The notes under the pieces: model-generated
What the model was told of the DNA's origin: nothing
What the model saw: the letters and a program-made list of their open reading frames with translations, nothing else
Databases searched by the model: none
Program-made: the position numbers and the translations under genes
Origin: Mantamonas sphyraenae STR306
Lineage: Eukaryota > Protista > CRuMs
Length of the DNA stretch: 64,000 nucleotides
Direction of reading: 5' to 3'
NCBI GenBank assembly: GCA_026936335.1
Contig: JAPMXV010000034.1
Coordinates: forward strand, 620,001-684,000
In this document: positions 54,050 to 64,000 of the stretch, piece by piece
Layout: every line of letters starts with the position of its first letter
Numbering within the stretch: position 1 is the stretch's first letter

Positions 54050-55054
54050 TCACGCAGCCGATGTCAAGCTCGACGTCGGCTGCGTTTTCAGCGGCCGCGG
54101 CTTGCGAGACACCTCGACCACAACAATCTCCACGGGGTCGGCCACCGGCTGCGACCGGGCATTGCTTGCTGCTGCCTGCGCTTCCAACATGTCCAGCACC
54201 GCGTTCAGCGAAGTGCGGTCGTTGTTCACCAGAGCTGTGTGCCGAGCAAGGCATGTGTCAGTGGCCATCTGTCCACACTTCCATCCGCGTCCCACTGCCA
54301 TTGCTTTTTCTCCTGCACACACGCTTTCCACGAACCCAACACCGATCCCGTTCCACTTACTCTGAAGGGTGAGCACCTTCAGATACAGGAGCCCATAATA
54401 CATCGAGCCGCCAAAGATGATGTCCACGATGGCTGCACCCACAGCGCACAGGGGGCACTGGGCCACCGAGTAGATGGCCAGTGCAGTATAGTACAGAGAG
54501 AAGAGGAGGACCATGCTCAGGAAAATCATCGTCACAAGCAGTAGGCCGCGGTGTTGAAACAGGCATCCGATGATGGCCAGAAGCACAAACATAAGCAGAA
54601 TCACACCCCAGAAGTACAGGCCCACGCTGAACGTCAGGATGGGTCCAGCCAGCTGCAGCAGGCAGAAAAACAGGAAGCCCGTGCGCAGTTTGCGAATCAG
54701 CGGCGTGGTCGGAATCATGTGCTGCGTCAGCGACTCGGGACACCGTGCAATCAGTGCGTCCAGAAAGGACAGCCTCTGTACACCCTCCTCTTCGCCCGCT
54801 TGTCCCGCTTGCCCTTCAGGCTCTCCTTGGCCGCCCTCCGCGTTCTCTTGTGCGCCTTCGTCGTTCACGTTTCCCTCTTCCCGGCCATCCTGCGACCCCC
54901 GTGCCGCCTGCTGGCTCTGCTGGCCGTTGTTCAATAATTCAATTGTGTCCATCTCCACCTCCTCCCGTCCCGCGTAGTCTCCTCCGTACCCGTCGTCGTC
55001 GTCGTCGTCGTCTACACTCCCACGCAGTTGCTGGAAGCCGTGCCCTGGGCGCAT
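54050..55054 (-). CDS. Multi-pass membrane protein of unknown function
   Basis: Acidic N-terminus followed by about four hydrophobic helices; may contain a 3' intron. Confidence 0.6.
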   Translation of the reverse strand: MRPGHGFQQLRGSVDDDDDDDGYGGDYAGREEVEMDTIELLNNGQQSQQAARGSQDGREEGNVNDEGAQENAEGGQGEPEGQAGQAGEEEGVQRLSFLDALIARCPESLTQHMIPTTPLIRKLRTGFLFFCLLQLAGPILTFSVGLYFWGVILLMFVLLAIIGCLFQHRGLLLVTMIFLSMVLLFSLYYTALAIYSVAQCPLCAVGAAIVDIIFGGSMYYGLLYLKVLTLQSKWNGIGVGFVESVCAGEKAMAVGRGWKCGQMATDTCLARHTALVNNDRTSLNAVLDMLEAQAAASNARSQPVADPVEIVVVEVSRKPRPLKTQPTSSLTSAA

Positions 55055-55324
55055 GCTGCAGAACCGCGAAAATGGCAAGTGTCAGAAAGCGCGCCTCCTC
55101 ATTCCCTCCCGCTTGCCAACACACGCAAGCACACATGTGTGGATAAGTAGCTCAAGAACACCACTACAAGGGTTGTCGTCACGTCGGCAATGGCCGACTA
55201 TTCCGCAAAAATGCGTCATATCTTGCTTTTCTCATCATCGCTTCCACACATGCACACAGAGAGAGAGAGAGACAAGAGCCTCTGTCAACTCTGAAGCCCT
55301 TGAAGCCCTTGTTGCATTGTTCAC

Positions 55325-56941
55325 TCACATGCTACTGCCCGATGGCTGCGTTCCGCGTTGCGTTTGCTCCGCAGGCGCAGGCGCAGAAAACATCGCCCCT
55401 CTGTCCATCTCTGGCTCTTCCTCGTCCTCCTCGTCCTCCTCCTCTTCTTCTTCCTCCTCGTCCTCCTCTTCCTCTTCAATCCCACCTGCAAACACATACC
55501 GATTCGGGGCAACCCTGCGCGGTTCGTAGTCAATCCTCTCCCCGTCCATAAACTCGTTCCAGCCCATCTTTGCGCACACATATTTCACAATATCGTCGCA
55601 ATAACCCAACAGCTCAATATCAAAGCGGTCGGGATGGCCGACCACCTCGCGGTTGATCAGCACCTGCGGCACACGACTGTCAAGGTGCGACGTGATGGTG
55701 GCCACAGGCGCCACCTTCAGCGACGATCCCATCACAATAAGCAGATCTACCTTGGGCACATCCTCCTGCAGCGATTTGCCAAACGACGCCGGCAGTGATT
55801 CTCCAAAAAACACCACGTCTGGTTTCAAGATCGCCGCTTCGTCGTCCTCGTCGTCCTCGTCTTCATCGTCGTCGTTGCCCGCCCCTCGGCCACGCTCCTC
55901 TGCCTCTGCTTCACACACTTCACAATACGGAATGGACTGCGACATGATGTGCCTCCGGATGTCCTCGCCTGGCACTGTGCGTCTGCAACGTGTGCACGTC
56001 GCGGTTGCAAACGAGCCGTGACACGACACCACTCGCTCAATTCCTGCCACCTGTTCCAATGTATCGATGTTTTGTGTGTAGTCACGCAGAAGCTTGCCCT
56101 TGCGCTCCAGCAGCCGGATAAAGTGGTGGCTCGGCGACGGCTGGTACGCACCGGGAAAGATCTCCCGGGCAAAGTGGAAAAATGGGCGCGGGTCGCTGCG
56201 AAAGTACTCAATGTCAAACATGGCCTCGGGTTCAGGCAGGCCGTACCGGTCGTTCAGCGACTGGTAGATGCCGTCGTGCGAGCGGAAGTCTGGAATGCCA
56301 CAGCTCACAGAAACCCCAGCCCCACAAAGAACCATGATGTTGTTGCACGACGAAAGTAGCGCACACAGCGCGTCCATTGTGTTGTACTGCTCCAGCGGCT
56401 GTCGTGGCAGGTGCAGCATCTGTCCCTCGGCCATGGCCTGCAGAACCATGCGCAACATTCGTAGCAGGTAAAAGTCGCTGTACGACGGAGGCACATGGTG
56501 GGCTTCCAGTCCCACCTTGAGCAGCATCTGTCGCGGCGTCATCCCGTCTTCCAGCTGCTGCCGGATAAACTCGTCGATTTGGTCCGTGTTGACCGTGGGG
56601 CGCACGGGCGAGCTTGCGGGACTCACCTCGGGCGACTCGAACCCGTCAACCGCAGAGGATGACGACGACGACGACGACGTTGCTCTCTGGTAGTCATCCT
56701 CCCCTGGTTGTGTTGTGCTTTGCTCCACAGTGTGCGTTTGTACACGTGTCTCCACTTGTGTGGCCGTCTGCGCCTGACGTTCCTTGTCGCCCTCTGTGCG
56801 CTGTCGCTTCTGGGTCGTCAACTCTTCCTCTTCGTCCCCCACAACCACATGCGTCGTCTTTCTCCCTCCAGACATTCCCTGGATGCCACCCGCTTCGCGG
56901 TCCCTCTTGTTGCCACTTGTGGACATCCTTTCCTTGGCCAT
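55325..56941 (-). CDS. SIRT1: Class I sirtuin (SIRT1/Sir2-like NAD-dependent deacetylase)
   Basis: Motifs GAGVSVSCGIPDFRS, YTQNIDTLE, CHGSFATA.C..C, KPDVVFFGE, GSSLKVAPV and LINRE. Confidence 0.93.
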   Translation of the reverse strand: MAKERMSTSGNKRDREAGGIQGMSGGRKTTHVVVGDEEEELTTQKRQRTEGDKERQAQTATQVETRVQTHTVEQSTTQPGEDDYQRATSSSSSSSSAVDGFESPEVSPASSPVRPTVNTDQIDEFIRQQLEDGMTPRQMLLKVGLEAHHVPPSYSDFYLLRMLRMVLQAMAEGQMLHLPRQPLEQYNTMDALCALLSSCNNIMVLCGAGVSVSCGIPDFRSHDGIYQSLNDRYGLPEPEAMFDIEYFRSDPRPFFHFAREIFPGAYQPSPSHHFIRLLERKGKLLRDYTQNIDTLEQVAGIERVVSCHGSFATATCTRCRRTVPGEDIRRHIMSQSIPYCEVCEAEAEERGRGAGNDDDEDEDDEDDEAAILKPDVVFFGESLPASFGKSLQEDVPKVDLLIVMGSSLKVAPVATITSHLDSRVPQVLINREVVGHPDRFDIELLGYCDDIVKYVCAKMGWNEFMDGERIDYEPRRVAPNRYVFAGGIEEEEEDEEEEEEEEDEEDEEEPEMDRGAMFSAPAPAEQTQRGTQPSGSSM

Positions 56942-56967
56942 CCATGCGCATCGGCGCTGCCAACACG

Positions 56968-59001
56968 ATGTCGCTCTTTGCCTCGCCAGGTCGGGAACAC
57001 CGCACACGCTTTCTCAGTGACGACGAAGACGAAGACAATGACAGCGACAGCTACGACGCCGCCACCTCCTCACACCATGGTGACGACGGGAATGACGACG
57101 AACAGCCCACACATGGCTCCGTGTACCTGAGTTCGTCCGACGACGACGACGCTGGGGACGATCTCGCGTTTCTTCTCAACTCCAAACGCTTCCTACGCTA
57201 CCAACAGCAGACCAGCGCCCTTCTCCAGAGAGACCTGTTGCAGTCCGATGCCCAGCTCAGCGCAGGGGAGCACACTCCCGACGTTCAGATCAGACGCAGC
57301 CGCCGTCGCACAACACCTGGAAGCAGCACCCGCCGCTCCGTGTTTGGCCAGCTCCACGCTCGCTATGGACCCAACCAGAACCAAGAGGCAGACTACTCTA
57401 CAGAGCACAAACATACAGACACTGCGCCGACAGGCGTCGACAGCGATGACGAAATCGAGGCCGAGGTTCAGCGCGCTCTGCAGATCGTTCTCAACAGCGC
57501 CACAAAGAAACTGGAACCGCGCGCAAGAGAACACCGCCACCCACAGGACGACGACGAGGGTGAGCAGGCCACACAGGACGGCCCACAAGCACATCCATCT
57601 TCCCACGGCCCTTTCCACAGTCAGAGGCCTCTGACAAGCTCCACGGTGAGCAACGCCTCCTCGTCTTCCTCGGTCGCGGCCATGAACGACACACTTCTCC
57701 TCAGCATGCTGCAGCGGTTGCCGCCCCAGCGCGACACAAATGACACAACACAGCAAGAAAACGCACAAAGGAGCAGCACATCCACGTCCACGTCACACAC
57801 CAACTCTACCCAGCCCGCACAGGCACGTACTCCCCGCTCCGCAGTCGCTTGGATTGACAAGGTCGCCTCACCATCGAAGCGCTTCCACTTTGATGGAGAG
57901 GATGTCAGCCCATCGGCAACTCACAAACGGCACAGCGCTCGGCATGGCCATGGCAACTCGTCATCATCACACATACCTGCATACGACCGGCTAAACGACA
58001 CAACGTCTACGTCGGACTCGTCGTACACCTCCGACGAGGAAGACGATTACGACGAGCCTGCGTCGCATACACACTCCTTTCCAGGCTCCACGCATGCGTC
58101 TCCTGGTGCGCTCAATCGCAGTCATGGTGTGAAAAGTCCAAGCAAGCGCAAGATGGACCTGAGCAGAAAGCACAGATACCGTCGTGGCCCACACAGTGCA
58201 CGCGGAAACAAACAGCACCACGGAAACAAGAGTGGCAGCAGTGCAGGACGCTCGCGAACAAGTCCAGGCGCAAAGAACCACGGCAAACTCAGCCAGTTTC
58301 AGATCGGCCAAACAAAAGTCATCCGCGCACTGGAGAAACAGGTCCGCGAGCAGAAGCTGGAAATGGAAGCCATGCAAAGGGGCATGGAAAAAGATGCCAA
58401 ACTCATACGCCGCTATCGCTCCACCATCCGCGTGCAACAGCGGCAGATCAGTCAGATGGAAAGCGCCGTCGATCAGGTGCGCTTCCATGAGAGCGTACAA
58501 TCCAAACAATCTATCGACGAGCTGCTCCAGACACAGCAAGACCAACACGACGCACTCATGGACAGCCAGAAACGTGAACAGCGAACACAGGAGCTAAACC
58601 GCAAGCTGCGGGCAAAACTCAATTCCATGAAGAAGGAGCTACAGGAGCGCATCGACGAACGCACAGAGATGAACAAGACCATCAAACACTACGAAAAGTT
58701 GCTGGACACGGCACACAAACAGGTGGTGGAGGTGGAGAAACGCCTCGGCGCACTGGCGCAAGAAAACGCAGACGTCATTCAGGAGAATCGCCAGCTGCGC
58801 AACAGACTGGATGAGTTTCAACAGCAGCAACGCGCGTTTATCTCTGTCGCCCAGCAGGTCAACGATGCCATGGAACAGCAGCGCCATCCCAAGTCCCCGC
58901 CATCGCCTCGTCGCACAGCCACGCACAACGTGCACTGGGAAGATGTCCTCAACGAGTCCACCAACGTGTTGTCCTCCATTGATGCAGTCATTGAATCCTA
59001 G
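56968..59001 (+). CDS. Disordered N-terminus + long coiled-coil protein of unknown function
   Basis: Long ORF with a heptad-rich C-terminal third. Confidence 0.7.
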   Translation: MSLFASPGREHRTRFLSDDEDEDNDSDSYDAATSSHHGDDGNDDEQPTHGSVYLSSSDDDDAGDDLAFLLNSKRFLRYQQQTSALLQRDLLQSDAQLSAGEHTPDVQIRRSRRRTTPGSSTRRSVFGQLHARYGPNQNQEADYSTEHKHTDTAPTGVDSDDEIEAEVQRALQIVLNSATKKLEPRAREHRHPQDDDEGEQATQDGPQAHPSSHGPFHSQRPLTSSTVSNASSSSSVAAMNDTLLLSMLQRLPPQRDTNDTTQQENAQRSSTSTSTSHTNSTQPAQARTPRSAVAWIDKVASPSKRFHFDGEDVSPSATHKRHSARHGHGNSSSSHIPAYDRLNDTTSTSDSSYTSDEEDDYDEPASHTHSFPGSTHASPGALNRSHGVKSPSKRKMDLSRKHRYRRGPHSARGNKQHHGNKSGSSAGRSRTSPGAKNHGKLSQFQIGQTKVIRALEKQVREQKLEMEAMQRGMEKDAKLIRRYRSTIRVQQRQISQMESAVDQVRFHESVQSKQSIDELLQTQQDQHDALMDSQKREQRTQELNRKLRAKLNSMKKELQERIDERTEMNKTIKHYEKLLDTAHKQVVEVEKRLGALAQENADVIQENRQLRNRLDEFQQQQRAFISVAQQVNDAMEQQRHPKSPPSPRRTATHNVHWEDVLNESTNVLSSIDAVIES

Positions 59002-59003
59002 GC

Positions 59004-62000
59004 TCAGGCCGCAAACCACCGCAGCTTGTCCACAAACTCGGGAAAGCCGCTCTTGCGCTCGGTTGGCTCGATCACCAGGCACTCGCCGATGACTTCCAGC
59101 AGCACCGGTGGCAGGTTGCGCTTCGAGAGGTCGTCCAGGGCTGCTTCCAACAGTTCCGGCAACACTTGCACGTCGTACACTCCGTACTTGTCCTTGGGCA
59201 CCTGTCGTGTGAACGGCGCCTCGCGAGTCGCAAGTTCCAACAGCAGGATGCCATACGACCATACATCCACCTTGAGCCACTTGTCCACGTTGCCTCCGCC
59301 TTCCTTGCTCCACTGCACTGCATCCAGAAGCTCGGGTGCTCTGTAGTCTGGTGTACCCACCAGCAGCGACGTCATGCTGCCACTGCTGTTCAGGAACCGG
59401 CTCAGCCCAAAGTCTGCAATCTTGGCTGTGCTGTCGTCGATGTCCAGCAGGATATTCTCGGGTTTCAGGTCCCTGTGTACCACCGGCGGCTCCAGGCTAT
59501 GCAGGTACGCCATCCCGCTGGCCACATCGTGCGCCATTTTCAACACCCTTCGCACCCACACGCTCTCCGATGCCCCCCGCTGTCGCTCAATCAGCGTACG
59601 CAAGTCGCTGGTCATGCGTTCCATAAAAATGTACAGATGGTCCTCGTCGCGGAACGACCCGCTGTAGGACACCACATTCCCGTGCCGCAGCGACGACAGA
59701 ATGCGCACCTCGCGCAGCAGACGCGGCATCATTTCCATGCCCAGCCTTTCAAGGGACACCTTTTTCATCGCCAACAAGCTGCCCTTCACCTTGACCTCGT
59801 ACACGTCTCCAAACGACCCCGCTCTACCCAATCGGTTGCCCATCATCACCTGCTCGATATCGTCCACAAGTGCCTCCTTCCCACCCACTCGTGACTCTCC
59901 AGGGGTGCCAGGCAACCCGCCACTGCTTGTCGTGCTCATCAGTCGGCGGTTGGCCATCAGCTCCATCACTGACCCTTCCGGACCCTCCACGCTTCCGCCA
60001 GCAAAGCCGAGGCCCACTCCCAGAGAGCCACGGCTCGGAGACGAAACCAGACCCACGGATATGCTGTTTTCCTTCATCAGCTTCGGATCCAGACTCTTGC
60101 CTCCAATGTGTGCCTCTCCCGACGCACCGTCGCGCTGGTAGAAGCGGGCATCTTCCGAAAACTCTTTTGTCAACATGCCCGGGTTCTTCATCACGTCCAC
60201 CACGTAGTACTCGTCTTCCAAGCACACCACATTCCACACATGTGCCTCGCCACCCACGTACTGGCCCTGAACAATGCGGCAGAAAATGCCAAGCTTGTCT
60301 GCAAGCACCTTGAACAGAAACGCCCTGTGCCTGCACACCCCCTTTCGCATCGCTCCAATCGGCACCATGTTGCCCATCTGTACGTTGCATTTGACACGAA
60401 ACATGTCGTCGTAAACCTCACGGTAAAATCGTTGGTACTGCTCGATGCTCGACTGGTACGCTTCTGAACCGCCCAGCTGCTCGCTCACATGCCGTGCCAG
60501 GAACAGCACCTGCCTGTACTCGTCAATGCCGTGCAGATATCGCTCCAGGAATTGCAGATGGCCCGCAAGCGTGGCATCCCGTGTAAAATCAGCAACCACG
60601 AGCTCCACGTGGAACGTCATGTCCTGTTTCAGCAGCTCATGCATGTGCTGGAACCTTCCCCCGTCGTCCACTCCTTCGTAAAAGTAGAATCCGTCGTGCA
60701 CAGGCGCCTCCAGCCATGTGTTGGACAAGAAACTTTTCGAGTGCTCGTAGTCCTCCACGAAATGCACAGCCTCCTCACTGTCACTGTTGGGATCCGGGGC
60801 CGCCTGCCACAGTTCTTGGTTGGCTTGCATGAGACGCTGCAACATGTTGGCGCCGATCTTGCTGACGTGGCCGTTTTGCGATTTGCCCAGATGGAACAGC
60901 ACGTCGTCATTCTGCAGCAGCATCTCGTGCGCCCAGCTCGCCGTGTGGTGTGTGATGTACAGGAGCATGCTGCTCACGTGCAGCAGTTGTTCCATCGACT
61001 TGCTGTACTCCGCCCCAACCACGCTCATCTGCTCCCGCGCTCCGCGTTCCTTTTCCAGCAAGCCCTGGCGCTCTTCGACCAGTGCCTGCTTGCTCTCCTC
61101 CATCTTTGCTTGCTCTTCGCCATCCTTTTCACCCTTGATCCGTCGCTTCAGACTCACAATTTCGCTGTTGAGATTTCGTGCTCGGTACGAAGCGTCGTCC
61201 ACGCTGCGCTCCAAGTGGACCATTGCGTCCGCCTGCGTCTCTTGTATGTGCAACTCCTTCTTGGTGAGTTTCAGGATCGATTCCAGCTTTGGTGACAGGT
61301 CAAACGGAGGCTGGACGTCCGTTTTGGGCGTACTGGCCGATGCCGACGATGACGAAGATGATGACGACGACGAAGACGACGAAGACGACGATGACGACGA
61401 AGACGGCTCGTTGGCAGCCTCATGATCCTTGATCTCGCGCGTTGCGTTGGCACTGAGGAGAGAAAACACCTTGCTGAGGGCGATGAGCACATGTCGATCT
61501 GTTTTCTGCCCTTGCTCCGTGGCCAGCACGTCCAGCACGTCCATGAAACGTGTAAACATGGGGTGTGACCACACAAGGGCACGGTACTTGTTACTGTAGG
61601 CCATCTGCTGCAGGAGATGGATGACTGCGAGCAGCACGTACCGTGCGCTTTGCCTTCGAAATCGAAATCGTCCCCTATCGGCTGCGTCAGATGCAGATGT
61701 TTGAGTGGTCCACGAGTGCATGCGTCCAACCACATGCATTCGTTGCCATTGCTCCCTTCTGCGGGCGCCACGTACGTCAGCAGATCGTGGAGAATGTCCT
61801 GCTCTGTCTGCGAGTCCATCATCAGAGTGTGCAGAAACGCAGGATCCTTGCACTCCATGATGAGTTGGTTGAGCATCTTGAAAGCCTTGATTGCGTCGTG
61901 TTGCTGTGTCGACAAGGCGTGTGCGCGGAACCTGTGACTGTTCCAGAGTTCGTCGTCCTCCCCGCCATCGCCAGTTCCTTGCTCGGTGACGCGTGTTTGG

Positions 62001-64000
62001 TCGCCACTCTCATCATACCATTCGCCTATTTCACCAGTTTCTTCCACTTCCTTGAGAAACTCGAGAGTGCGCGTGCCTGCACGGGCCATGAAGCGCGGCG
62101 ACAGGCCCATTTCGTTCATGGCTTGAATATCTGCGCCCATCTGAAGCAGCAGATGGCATGCAGAGCGATGGTTTGCAGCAGCAGCTAGGTGCAGAGGGGT
62201 CTGGTCTGCGTCGTCGGTGGCGTCGACGAGGGCGCCTGCGTCCAAGAGAACGCGCAGACATTGGCACCGGCCAAACGCAGCGGCTACATGCATGGGTGTC
62301 TGTTGGTCGGCATTCTTGGCCTCCTTGTCTGCTTTGTGTCTGCACAGGTGGTGAATAATCAACGGATGGCCGTTGCGCGCAGCGAGATGCAACGGAGCGT
62401 CGCCGTGCTCGTCCTCGGCGTTCACATCCATGTGTTCGTGTTCCACAAGGTACGTGGTGACTTCGAGCTGACCCTGGCCACAAGCCACGTGCAACAGCGA
62501 CGTCTTTTGTTCACCAGCCTTGGAGCCGGCCAAAGACAGGGACGACCAGGATCCGCTGGAGCTCTTGCTGCGTCCCACGCTGAACGAACGCGCACGCTGC
62601 CAGGCCTTGGGCACGCGCATGAGGTGGTGTGATGATCCTTGCTCCAACAAGTACTCAAGGCAGTCAAGGTGACCATGCTGAGCGGCACAGGATGCAGCCG
62701 TGCTGCCGTCGTCATTCATGGCACGCACATCTGCACCGTTCTTCACGAGGAGTCGGATGCAGGACAAGGAGCCTGCGCTAGCAGCATGAACCACCGCCGT
62801 GTTCATGTGCAGGTCTACCCAGTTGACGAGTTCGTCTGCACTGGGTCCTTGGTCACGTTCCTGCACAGCACGGAGAATGAGGCCAATGGCCGCCGGCTGG
62901 CCTGTTTGGGCAGCCAGAAGCACAGGAGTGAGACCGTCGGCATCACCAACAGACAGAGAGCACTGCAACTCGAGCAGGAGGGAGACGACGTCGTATTGCG
63001 AGTGTGCAATGGCGTGGTGAAGCAAGGTGCGGTTGTTTTGCTCTGGCTCCTGAAGATCCAGCCACTCGGGATGATCAGCGAGCTGCTGGCGCAACCAGTC
63101 GCATTTGCTCTCGCGCACGCCCTCGTACAATTGCGTCACAAGGTCGCTTTGACTGGATCGCATCTCCAGGATGGACTGCTGGCGCATACGCGTGTGTGGC
63201 TCCAGCGACATCATCAACGGCGGCGTGGTTGCGCCTTCGAGCCATTGGTTGCTCGTCAGTGATGGTTCGTCAGCGCGTGTCTCTGGGTACAGGTCGTGAT
63301 GGAACGCTGTGCTTTTGCGCAACACGTTGAAGCGGACGACTTCGAGCGAAGAGGAGGCAAGGCGCAAAAAGGCGGCACATTCACACTTGGATGTGTTGAG
63401 CATGGTCTTGGGCAGCATGCACGTGTCCAGCTGCAGGACGCCGTTGCCAGCAGTCCAGCTGTTGAGTGGTTGCAACACCTCCGACTCGTTGCCTAGGGCA
63501 TACAAGGAGATGGACCGGTCTCCCTTGCCACACAGGTAGACAATGCCCAGGTCGGGGTCAAAGAATGGCTGCACGGGAGCGGTGGAGTCGTCCAGCAGTT
63601 TGCGCTCCAACGGTGTCTGCAGACCCGATCCCAGGTCCCAGACGGCCATTTCACGTTCACCGCGTTTGTTGAAGCCCGTTGTAAAGAGGCAAGCAGAATC
63701 GCCCAGCCAGATGGCATGAGTGGCCTTTGTGCTTCCGTGTGCTTCGCCGCTGAACACGGGGGCGTTTGGAGCTTGGCGGGGATCCCACACGCGCACGTGG
63801 CGGTCGTCACTGCTACTGACGAGCAATCCGCCTGCATAGGACCACTCCATGGACGTGGGCAACACGGTAGACTCGCCGGCGGCGGAACTCAGTGCGGCGG
63901 CGTGAGTGAGCGCAATCTCGGCCGCAGGCATCTCCTGGTTAAGGTCCCACACAAGGATGCGTCCGTCACGAGCCATGCTGGCCATGAGGTTGGAGGCGCA
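59004..64000 (-). CDS. Coronin-like WD40 + ankyrin repeats + EDR1/CTR1/ARMC3-type domain + protein kinase (5' end outside the window)
   Basis: Coronin motifs (TTGFN..GERE..VWD, PFFDPD..IVYLCGKGD, RKS..FHHDLYPET), about 9 ankyrin repeats, EDR1-type GVCRHRAFLFKVLAD..HVWNVV..VVDVM, and kinase HRDLKPEN/DFG/GTPDYRAPE. Intron 61675-61775 (GTACGT..CTGAC..TAG) joins the two ORFs in frame. Confidence 0.8.

Overview
Gene-dense, GC-rich eukaryotic (probably unicellular protist) DNA with short GT-AG introns, CTGAC-type branch sites and very short intergenic gaps. Several genes carry single-base frameshifts, mostly at homopolymers, which look like assembly errors. The window opens with a ~162/171/172-bp satellite array and a tRNA-Phe. 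Housekeeping and signalling genes follow: 4E-T-like, a gustatory-receptor-like 7TM channel, tyrosine aminotransferase, RBM39-like, two BPI/LBP paralogs, PepE, COQ9, NAA50-like, a double-GT47 exostosin, eIF3f, ValRS, a Sir2/SIRT1 and two kinases with unusual architectures. A tandem array of five LRR-ankyrin genes shares a near-invariant C-terminal F-box-like cassette. The standout is a 5,453-bp insertion (22444-27896) that splits the fifth LRR gene and is flanked by an exact 9-bp target-site duplication (TACCTGGAC). It encodes a single ~1,700-aa protein ending in a Fanzor/TnpB-type RuvC + zinc-finger nuclease with the rearranged D-E-D site, followed by a highly base-paired 182-nt tail with the position and structure expected of an omega-RNA. 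I could not recognise a transposase in it. This is a candidate giant Fanzor RNA-guided mobile element whose predicted guide matches the empty (intact) LRR allele. All assignments come from motif recognition by eye; no searches were run.
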